Of a DNA stretch of 64,000 nt, positions 1 to 21,478 are shown in pieces. Position 1 is the first letter of the stretch; each line of letters begins with the position of its first letter. The stretch is from Cercozoa sp. M6MM. Lineage: Eukaryota; Protista; Endomyxa: Ascetosporea. Under the pieces are notes generated by a model. It made no database searches. It saw only the letters and a program-made list of their open reading frames with translations, and had not been told where the DNA came from. A program made the translations under genes and the position numbers. Location: the NCBI GenBank assembly GCA_040357565.1, contig JBDODJ010000045.1. One strand, written 5' to 3'.

Positions 1-220
1 CCCTAGCCTCCCTCTCTACCCTCTACTCTTACCCTCTACCCCTACCCTCCCTCCCTACCCACTACCCCTACCCTCTACCCTCCCTACCCTCTACCCTGAG
101 CCCATGTATAGAGCGGTGGCACTGGCTGTCATGGTGGTACACCTGGTCTGTACCTGGGACATGTAGGTGTGTATGTGAAGTGTACTGTATGTGTACTGCA
201 TGTGTGTGTGTGCACCCTAG

Positions 221-361
221 AGAGAGCCGACACTGTGGCATCCGGGGGCACTGTCCATTAGTCGGCAGTCTCTGTGGGACCTCCTGTCGCTCGGCGCTGC
301 CTCGCACCTCTGCGTCGGCGCCTCGGCCGTCGTCGGCTCGCGACTGCTGCTGCAGGAGCAG
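221..361 (+). CDS. Internal exon of an unidentified plus-strand gene (partial)
   Basis: ccctAG acceptor at 219-220 and GTatta donor at 362. Open frame ...LWHPGALSISRQSLWDLLSLGAASHLCVGASAVVGSRLLLQEQ. Flanks are C-rich and intron-like. Confidence 0.55.
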
Positions 362-580
362 GTATTACCCCTCTCTTACCCCCTGTTTACTCCCCTGTTT
401 ACTCCCCTGTTTACTCCCCTGTTTACTCCCCTGTTTANNNNNNNNNNNNNNNNNNNNNNNNNNNNNNNNNNNNNNNNNNNNNNNNNNNNNNNNNNNNNNN
501 NNNNNNNNNNNNNNNNNNNNNNNNNNNNNNNNNNNNNGGGGGGGGGGGGTAAACAGGGGGGTAAACAGGGGGGTAAAGAC
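362..580. repeat. CCCCTGTTTA-type intronic minisatellite in opposite orientations on either side of a 100-N gap (438-537)
   Basis: (ACTCCCCTGTTT)n left of the gap and (GGGGGTAAACA)n right of it. The same unit recurs at about 1547-1670. Confidence 0.9.
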
Positions 581-11803
<11,223 letters not shown>

Positions 11804-12156
11804 GAAGACAAAGATGGCACTTGCACAGCTAGTTAGGCGCTAGCTACACACCACAGTGCCCTTATTGATCTTGGGGATCTTGTAGTACAGTAGTTTGCTC
11901 TCAAACTTCGAGGAATTGGCTTTTTTGATCGGCAAACTAGAAAAGAGTCCCGCAGGATTGATCAGTGATTGCGCCTGCCAATAATTGTACTTTACAAGCT
12001 TGTGCAGTGTTTTCTGCAAATGGGCGTGCCACGAATGAATGCCTCGATCCCGGGTTGCTTTTTCTTGCCTAAGCGTTTCTTCGAAACCGAACTTGTTGCG
12101 AGTTTCCCTGGCATCACAGAGAGGCTAGTTTCCGTTTAGGGCCAACCATTGTCACC

Positions 12157-15100
12157 ATGCCAACGGAGCTTTCTGTAGAGGATATCTGTGCCAAGTTTGG
12201 CTTCGCGCCCAAGGACGAGGATGAGAGTGGTCTTGGGTCGCGTCGGCAGAGCACAGCAGCCTCTCGTCGGACGCGGTCGTCGCGCCGTCGCTCAACCGTG
12301 ATGTCTCACCCTGTGTGCCCAAATGCACTCACGGGTGAGCAACCGAAGATTTATCGCTTTGGGCGGATCGAAGCGAGTGATCTCGTTGACGAGTTTTCTG
12401 TGGCTTCGGCAATCACTGCAGCATTTGAGTATGACTTTGATAAGGTGCACTTTGGGGACTTCACGCCCATGTCCAAGGTCGAACTGAGCGCTTCGGTGGA
12501 TCCAGCTGCGATTCCGCTCAGTTTTAAGCTGAACACAGCGCGGGAAGAAGCTCTTTTGGAGTTCGTCGAGGGCTTTCGTCGTCATTTTGTGACACTGTGG
12601 CCTGAAAAGCAGGTCCCTCTGCTCGTTGTACGCAACGAATTTGGGCAGCAAAAGTTTATTTGCACGTGCGTGCGACCACATCGTCTTCAGTGGGCTGAAA
12701 TCAGCAAACTCCAACCCTGCGCGAACTTTGTGTCAGACTTCTTCCAGTTTATGCCGCTCCAGCGACCAAGACGCTTCCCCACGGTGGTGCCATCGCTCAC
12801 AAGTCTGTCGGCTATCAGAAACGGCGACTGTTTGGACCTTGCAGTCGTCTTAGTGTCGTTGTTGCTTGGAGCTGGTCATGACGCCAAGGTCGTGCTTGGC
12901 TATGCTGATGTACGCTCTACGCATGGAAACGTGGAGCACATGTCGCCCGGCCAAGTCGGCACCGACATTATGGATTCCTCCAAGTGGTCCTGGGATTTTC
13001 TCGACGAGTATAGTGATCTAGCCGACGAAAATGTGGACGAATTTGAACAAGAAAAGCGTGTGAGCGCTACAGATTCGCACTACCCGGGTGATTCCGAAGT
13101 GGAGCACATTAAGCACATTGTCCGACAAACATGGGAGAACTCAGCGAGCTCGAGCAAGCAACAGTTATTTGAGTCACAGTATGAACGGTTTCTTGCCGAC
13201 GAAAAGGCGAGCGAGGCTGCGGCCGAACGTGATGCTCAGAGGGAAGCACGCGAGCGCAAGCGCTTCCATGTACATGACCGGTTGCAAGGCAAGCGCGCTC
13301 ATGCATGGGTAGTCGTGAAGCAACGGGACGAAGAGGGCCACACAGCGGTGCTGTTCATTGAGCCATCAACAGGGCAGATTAGAAGCAACACGGAGCTTCA
13401 ACGCGACCGTTGCTACTTGGGAGTGCTGCAGGTTTTCGATCACGAGAACGTTTGGGTCAACATCTCACCTAACGCAGTTGTCCATCAAGATGGTGTACGA
13501 AGCGAGAATGTCGCAAAAATCGCGTGGGACTTTGAGGACAAAGCCAATTGGCAGGCAGTATTGCTTGACGACCCTGCAACAAACGGCTTTAGGTCGGAAG
13601 AAGCATTGAAAGCTGACTTCGGTGACAGCGCGAGTAAAGAGAGCACCGGCGAGAAAGAACTTGAAGGTAATCAGCCCGAAGAGGCGACGAAAAGGAGAGT
13701 TCAGGCACCTGTTGAGCGTGTGCTTCGCGTACTCGAGGCATGGACTCCTCCACTGAACATCACTGAGCGCCAGTATCGTCACCGTTGTACGCTTGCTTGT
13801 GTTTATGTAGAAACTCCAGGGGTAAATCGTTCTTGAATGCCAGACCCGAACGGGGAAAAGACAGTGCAGTTCAAACATGTGAGGGTCGATATGTACTCGC
13901 CAATGCATCCAGAACATAAGGGCTTGCGGACGAGGGTAACGGTGATGCGTGAGTGCGAAGTTGAGACACCCGATGATGTCAAAATGGTGGACGAAACTTT
14001 TGAAGTGCGTGAGCTGTACTCAAACCGCACCGACGGTCTCTTGCAGCGTGTCATCGACCTAGATGTTCTCGTAATTCGTGAACGCTTTTCGGGATCTTCA
14101 CAGAGCAAAGCTTCCTCTGACTTGTCTCCTTTTACGGAGGAGCTTCTGGACCTGACACCACGTCCATGTGCACTACGAGTCCGCTACCGCAGCTTTCGAT
14201 TGAAGATCGGCACTGAAACACGCCCACTTGCACCGAATCGCACACTTTGTACGGCCGAGCGAAGTGCGCTGCATCCAACGATCTGCGCGCGGTGGATTAA
14301 AGCTCCCACATGTGTCTCTCTCAAGCTCAAGGGCAGCTTTGAGGCAACGCTGCCGGGTATCGCAGCGTGGTTTGATGAGAATTGCGACCTCGTTGCGCGT
14401 CACAAATGGTACTGGAGAAACCTGCGGTCTGATGCGTTGGTGCGTCGCTCCGAGTTCCCTCGTCTCCGCGTGGATGAGTTCTTTGAGAATCGAGCAGATC
14501 GGTTGCATCACCGGGTTATTTTGGCCCCAGATGTACTTCCCAAGCAACGTCATGACAGCAAGATCAGATACAATGCGGAAGAGGAATTGATTCCAGCAAG
14601 AACCACGACAAAAGGTCTCACAACGACTCTCGGTTCACCCGAAGAAATTGAAATCTCGCAGGTGCTCGAGTACTTTCGTGCTCCACGCTGCAAGTTCACC
14701 GATACCGGGGCTCTGCGTATTCTCCAGGGCTTGCGAGACAAAGCGTCTGTACGTTAATATTTCTGAGTTTTTGTTTAGCATCGCGTCTGAACGTTGATCA
14801 GTGATACAACGACAGGTTTCTACGGCACCCGTTGAAGCTTCAGACGAACTCGCGTGCAGACAAAACATAAATAGCGGCATAGGAGATGCTGAAGGCGTTC
14901 GAAAGCTGACGTTTTGCTTCGGAGCGGCAGCTCTGGTGCGCATGGACATGCATCGACCTCGAAACGCGTTCCGTGCTTCGTGGCGCTGCTTTCACAAAAA
15001 CGACGAACCTGTGAGAGGGTTCGATGCTACCTCCGGAGTTCACTTTTCTGTAGATCTCGTCGTGACCCGAACGAAAAAACGAAGCTTTTCGTCGGCCAAG

Positions 15101-16107
15101 ACGCACACCCAAACAAGCAGTCGAGGATGCAACCCTTCTGCGAAGGAACAGGACGTCAACGCTGAAAACAATGACGAGTTGAGCGATTCTGGCTTCTCAA
15201 GTGAGTTGTCAGAGCACTCTCAAGAACCACACAAACACACGCGCCTGTCGCTCGCTCTCGAACAGCAGCGTTTGTTTGCCCGAGAAAAGAAGATGACGAC
15301 CGAAGTGCGACAGCGCGAAAGGCAAACGAACGACGTTCGCGAACACCTTGAGAAGGAACTTGACGACGGAAAGCTAACGGAAAGCACCAATATGACTCTC
15401 CGCCAGCTTCTTATTGATGGTGAGCGATCTTTGTAAATCCTACGCCGAGGTTAACATGCAGTATCGTAGGGGTGTCGCGAGAGGATGCACTTGCGGCAGT
15501 AAGCAAAAAGAGCAAGATCACACAGATAACAAAAGCCAGCGCCACTCCGGATTACTTGGTAGGACCGCTCTCCTATCTACAGTGCACGTAGAATCACTGG
15601 ATTGCTCAGTTCGAGTACTTAATCCGCATGCCGAACCCAAAAGCGCTGACGAAAGAAGAGGCGTACCACGTCAAAACGCAGTGCTTGCGCGACCAGCAAC
15701 AACGTCTGCTTGTGAGAGCAAAGGTAAATTACGTGTAAATACAGCTTCGTTTAGTTTTGATGCACCTCTGTTTTTAGATCATACAAGAACGATTAACCGA
15801 GGAAACGACATTACTGGAGCGTGAACGGGACAAGCTAAGCTACATTCTTCAAAATAAGCCTGCGGGTACCATGGTCTCCGTTTTCGTGCGGGAAGTTTAG
15901 CGTACATTTTGAGTTGTGACAGATGAACGCCGCCTCGCCGAGGCAGAGTTCCAGGACAAACAAGAGAAGGCACTTTTCCGCATCGCCATTCTAGAGAGTC
16001 GTCTCGCGCGTCATGAGAAAAATGCACTTGCGCGCTACTCGGAGCTGAACGAGCGACTCGCGAACGACCCACGGTTGCAAGTACTATACGAAGAGGATGC
16101 TGAGTAG
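12157..16107 (+). CDS. DRC7: Dynein regulatory complex subunit 7 (CCDC135-like)
   Basis: Transglutaminase-like segments GDCLDLAVVLVSLLLGAGHDAKVVLGYA, AHAWVVV, FIEPSTG and FDHENVWVN. Spliced RYPNGEK. C-terminus ALFRIAILESRLARHE...YSELNERLANDPRL is typical of DRC7. Confidence 0.9.
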
Positions 16108-16234
16108 TTAGCTCGTGCGGTGTACAGAAAGCTCCGTGTTGGCTCAGTTGCTGGTTTCCTTTACACAGACTCACTTCGTCGTGTTCACAGGTAGAATTAA
16201 AGTTATTGACGCACCATTCCAACGCAGCGTTGCG

Positions 16235-16350
16235 TTAGTCAGTTAGTTCAGTCTAATTTACTAAGAAACTATGTAGTTTCTCCGTACCAGTCCTGGGGTG
16301 GAACTCCCCTTTGAAGTTCCCAGTAAATTTGACATCTTCTTCAAGTTGGT
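16235..16350 (-). mobile_element. Short interspersed element, copy 1 (modules A-B-C)
   Basis: Reverse complement reads ACCAACTTGAAG..GGGAACTTCAAAGGGGAGTT-CCACCCCAGGACTGGTACGGAGAA..GTTTCTTAG..GACTGAACTAACTGACTAA and matches the copies at 16681 and 55505. No flanking direct repeat found. Confidence 0.6.
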
Positions 16351-16680
16351 ACAGATGGCGGGCTGGGAGTAGGGGAAGTCACCTGGCGTCGGCATCTCAT
16401 CGCCTCGCTGTCGTCCTTCGAGTCGTCTTGTCGCCTGTCACTCCCACCACCTAATTAAACACGCACAGGCAATCATTAGAATTTTGTGCCACCGCCGCTT
16501 TAAGTGGTGGCCTAAGCTATATCCTTACTGACTTTCTCTTCCACACCGCTCGTAATACTAAAATTTATGCAGGTGCTCCAGATTGTGCGCCACTCAGTTG
16601 GCTTGGCTCGTGCATTCATTTAGTTCGTTAGACGCGACCGGACGGCTGTCATCGCATTGAGCCACACGACAGTTCGGTTG

Positions 16681-16850
16681 CACCACCAACCATGAAGTCG
16701 ACTTGGTGTCTTGGGGAACGTCAAAGGGGAGTTGTATGGTCCTACCCTAGGGCGGTAGACACGGCCATGCTCTTGTGACCCACCCCAGACTGGCGCAGGG
16801 AACTAAAATTAACATAGTTGGTTTCCTAGACGACTCAACTAGCTAACTAA
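16681..16850 (+). mobile_element. Short interspersed (SINE-like) element, copy 2, with 13-bp putative target-site duplication
   Basis: GACAGTTCGGTTG at 16668-16680 and 16851-16863 flanks modules A-B-C. The element ends in an (ACTA/CTAA)-like tail. Confidence 0.7.
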
Positions 16851-17015
16851 GACAGTTCGGTTGAGTGCACTACTAGAGGGGCCGCGTACGCTCCGCGCGG
16901 CGCACGCATGCCACAGAACAAGCGAAGAACTCCCGTCCCGCTGACGCGACGGACATGAGATGAGATTATACAATAGACTTAAACGAAAAAAAAAAAGACG
17001 GGAGCGCACGGCTGA

Positions 17016-17659
17016 TCACTTGCAGTTGCGCGAACGACCTTCGAATCTCTGCCCGCAGTGAAAAAGTGACAAACGCAAGAATAGCACGGAAACAGGAAGG
17101 CACCATCTGCTCGGCCTTGACGACGAGCATGGGCGCCCAGTCGCCAACAACGGCGTTCCAGCAGTTGTCCCACGCGAACTCGCTGTCCTCGATAGCGTCG
17201 CGATCGCTGCGAGCCGTCCACGCCATCAATTGGCGGCCAAACTCATTGCGCTGCCGGATAGCCCACTCACGACCCTTCTTCTTCGTCGGCTCCTTCCTGT
17301 AACAGAAGCGTTTCTTCCAGTGGAGTTTCTTTTAGTGGAGGAGGAGAATAACGACGCAAGAACGTACTTGAGGTTCAGCACTTGCCCCTCCCAGTTGTCC
17401 CGCTGCAGCAAGTCGTCGTCGACACTACCACTGTGTGCACAAACAATATAGTGTAAATACAAAAGGGAGAGAGGGCGTACTTGATGTAGCCAACGACAGG
17501 AACCGAACCGAAGACCTTGCGCACGTAGTTCGCGCCCTGCTCGGTCCACGGAGAAATCACGAGGCGTGACAGCACATCGCGAGGGATGTTCATTTTCTGC
17601 TTGGGTACAAGGTCATAATGGGGAAGCAGGAACAGAGAGGGTCACAGAGGGAGGTAGGG

Positions 17660-17719
<60 letters not shown>

Positions 17720-17819
17720 NNNNNNNNNNNNNNNNNNNNNNNNNNNNNNNNNNNNNNNNNNNNNNNNNNNNNNNNNNNNNNNNNNNNNNNNNNNNNNNNN
17801 NNNNNNNNNNNNNNNNNNN

Positions 17820-17868
<49 letters not shown>

Positions 17869-18806
17869 CCGCCATAGCGCCAATAATTCGTTCGGGATCG
17901 TACTTGATGTCGACCATCAGATAGCGCGATTTCCAGTCAGGAAAGGTCTGCAGAGGAATAAGACTGTACCGCCAGAGAGCAAAGATTACAAGAAGACAAA
18001 AAGGGTACAGTAAAGGCCTCCAACATTCGTTTCAAAGACGGCACTCGGTAGGACTGCAGCTCCCATAGTGTGCATCACATTCCAGTACATCACAAGAGAA
18101 AAGAAGAGCCAAGTACCGAGTACAGCGGCGACTTCCAAGAGCCAGCATCCATGCGCTCCAGCTGCGCCAGCGTGTAGTCACTCACCGGTCCTGTGAAAGG
18201 AATCGATAAGGGTCAGTCAGAGAGTGCGAAGGGAGCACAGCACCCTTGTTCGGAGTGGTGCGATCAACTGAGGTGTCGTGCATCACGATCACTTGCTACT
18301 CAGGAAGGAAGGGAGACAATTCAAGGGGACGAGAAAATGAAGAATTGAACGTACCTCGTCCTTGGTGATTTGCACGTCAAACTCGCTCATAAACACGCCC
18401 TGTTCGAGGGAGGCTGCTCGAGTCAATTCATCTCATAGGTCGAATAAGTATCCCCTCACTAACCCAGTGGAACACGTACCAATCATGCTTTCGACCGTGT
18501 TTTCCGGATAACGCGCCGGCCAACCGCGGTGACCCACGACATAGCTACACGAAGCCACACTCCCCATGCCCGCGAAGTACCTCCCAAGATATTATACAAG
18601 TCGGGGAAGTCACGTCGCTCGCCATTTCCGCGGATTAAGCGCCGCAATCCCCGAGCGTCGTGCGGAAGCGCAACCACACCTACCAAATCAACCAAGCTCA
18701 AGGCAAAAATAATGACGGACACATGCAACTGTCACCACTCACCGATCACCACCGAGCCAATAATACCGAGCACGGCAATAATACTTGTCAGCGCTGGAAG
18801 CAGCAT
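17016..18806 (-). CDS. Glycerophosphodiester phosphodiesterase with signal peptide
   Basis: Spliced YVVGHRGWPARYPENT, SEFDVQITKD and VIVMHDTSVDRTT. N-terminus MLLPALTSIIAVLG. Contains a (GA)n intron with a 100-N gap at 17720-17819. Confidence 0.9.
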
Positions 18807-19094
18807 GACAGTGCCTCTGCTACTATACAACAGGAACTAATATTAAGACGCCGTGCCTGCAACAGGCGTAAAATCATTTTAAAGTGTATTGATTTAAATT
18901 TTTAAGGGGGGTCTGCTTGCACACGCCCAAACGTTTTCGGTAGACTTAACGCTGGGCTTAGCGTGAGACAAGGTTAGCGTGCTTAACTCGAGGCGCAGTG
19001 GGTATCAGCCTGATCGTGTTTTTCTTTGAGTTTTCGAGAGGCATCATCAGGAAGTTGAGTTTTTGAGGTACTTGTACAGTACCTGTAGATTTAG

Positions 19095-21061
19095 ATGTCG
19101 AACGAAAGTGGATTCGAGTCGCTCGAAGAGCTGCGAACGATGCACGCCGACAAGCTGACAGAGCTACGCGACGTCGTGCGTCGTGCTTTCAACGGTTCGC
19201 CCTTTGCCTTTTGCTCGGTAATCGTTTTATTCTCTGTTATTTCGTGCAGAAGAAGAGAGCGAGAAACAAGCGAGCCGCGAAGGCGGAGATGACGTCGAAC
19301 ACTACCTCAACGACGACGTCCAGCTCGTTAGTTTTCTTTTGTTCTGCGTTGACAGTTGTACGTTTTTCGTGCAGTTGCGTTTCCTGACGGGGCATGACGC
19401 GGATGTTGAAAAAGCTGCCAAGTGCGTGATTGAAACTTTAAACTGGCGTATCGAGGTAGCCCGAACTCTCTATGTTTTTTATTTAAGCAAAGCGTTGTAT
19501 TTGCACGCAGAACGATGTCAGACAAGTCGAGCAACTTGACATGCGTGAGCAACGTGACTTCCCGTTCCACGACCTCGTGTCGAGCTACCTTCCGGCCTCT
19601 CTCGACGCGGGTAGCGACTTTCTCGCTTTAGTATGTGTCTAGCGGTGCTTTCGTGATGTTGCCTTTCTCAGGACGAGCGCGCAATGGCGCGCCTTTTTCG
19701 ATTGAGCTGACGGGCCAGTGCGACCTAGTTGGCATGCTGCAGGATGTGCCAATTGAGCACTTCATGCAATATCACATCTACCATGTGAGTTGTCTCATCT
19801 TGTTGTCTCACATCAGACCCTGCTTTTACCATATTGAATGTGTGTGTGCAGATGGCATTTAAGGGCACGCTCGTCCAGGAGTTGTCGCGCGAGACGGGCC
19901 GTATGGTCAAACTCGTCAAGATCATGGACCTGTCAGGGTACTACTGCATGAGTACATCGCTGTGTTGCTGTGTTGTGCGCGTTTGGTATACCCGCTGTTT
20001 TAGCTGGTCGATGAAGCATGTCAGCAAAGCTGCGGTAGCCTCAGTGTTTTGTGTTCTGTAGTGTGTTCTCTCTTTCTCTTTGTTTAATCGATTGGATTCT
20101 TGCTGTGGCAGATTGATTATCTGAGGCACGTGCTGCACACGACGCAAACCGCCTACCCCGAGATGCTTCACAAGTAAAGTCTTTTTCTTATCTTTTTGTG
20201 TTTTCTTGACTGAGTTACAATCCCGTCGTGTGCGCAGATGTATTATTATCAATGCGCCAATGTTCTTCAACGTCGTGGTATCTCGCGTTTGTGTCCACAC
20301 AAGCTAGTGTTTCAACAACGATGCTGTGGACAGTGGAAGCTGGTGGCGCCAATGCTGAACTCGCGTACGCAGTCGCGTATCACGGTGTGCGGCAGCAACT
20401 ACCAGGAGGCACTGCATGCGCTTGTCGACCCGGCGCAGCTTCCGGAGTACCTGGGCGGTACAGCGGCCGACCCGGTCCCGCGAATCGACCCGGAGGCGCA
20501 CCTTACCGAGGTATGTTTGTGCCGTAAGAGTATCGTTGTGAAGCTGCTGTGACTCGTACAAAGCATGTGTTGCACCGCCACTTAGGTTGACGTTCGACGT
20601 GGCGACAGCTTCGAAACTTCCGTGGTTGTTGCTGCGGGCGACGAGGTGCAGTGGCACTTCAAGACGCGCTCCAAGGACATTGGTTTCTCTGCCCGATTCG
20701 TGCCAGCTGCGTGCGGTATGTGCTCTCTGTGTGGTGTGTCGTTTCTTCTTGCTGTCACACATGTGCTTTAATTGCCACAGACGAGGTCGTCATCGAGGAG
20801 TTGTCACGGCACAACTCGCACGAACGCAGTGTGCGCGGCAGTTGGTACACCTTGTTCACTTGGCCTCCTCCAAAAGCTTTACACAAGCACGTTGTTTGAA
20901 GGACGGCGACTGAGGCCGGCGAGGTGCGACTGCACTTCGACAACACATACTCGAGGTAATTTGCTTTCTTTCTGCCTGCGTGGCGCTTTCTTGTACTACC
21001 TTGTTCGCGCAGGTGGACGAGCAAGACGCTGCTATACTCGCTCAAGGTGGCCGATTTGTAG
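19095..21061 (+). CDS. SEC14-like CRAL-TRIO plus GOLD domain lipid-transfer protein
   Basis: LRFLTGHDADVEKA, QTAYPEML, IINAPMFF, VDPAQLPEYLGG; GOLD motifs WHFKTRSKDIGF and FDNTYSRWTSK. Confidence 0.9.
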
Positions 21062-21478
21062 CTCTTGTGCCTCCCGTCATCTCGCGGCACTCGAATTCGC
21101 CTTCCCATGATGTCAGTTCCGGAGGTCGGTCCAGAGTTCAACCAACGCGCAGCGCCGTGGCGGCAATGAACGCAAATCTGGCCTTCCTAGCTAGTCCGAG
21201 CGAGTCTTTGTTTTTAATTTAGCCAAATGTGCATAAACGAGGCACGAGGCACGAGGCACTATACCGGTCGATCGGTCAACTCCCATTCTGGTGACCACAC
21301 AATATTTTGTTTATGCTGCGCCACGATCAGCACGAAATGGAGCCGCTCCAGACATTTGGCGCTGTTTCTGTAGATTCTGAAGCACTGTAGTTTGTAATCG
21401 TGTGTATAAAGGGACTAAACGGAAGTCTGGGCTTCTTGCGTTTTTTCTCTCGTTGGGCGATCGCTCCCGGGCCCCACC

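Noticed and set aside
12157-16107. Stop-codon reassignment or frameshifts suggested by broken ORFs
   Set aside because: The breaks examined resolve with short GT-AG introns.
16518-16572. U12-type ATATCCTT donor
   Set aside because: Intergenic, with no flanking exons or U12 branch point.
16235-16850. Single MITE with terminal inverted repeats, or a hammerhead retrozyme
   Set aside because: The right arm has its own direct repeats, no outer TSD is present, and there is no CTGANGA core.
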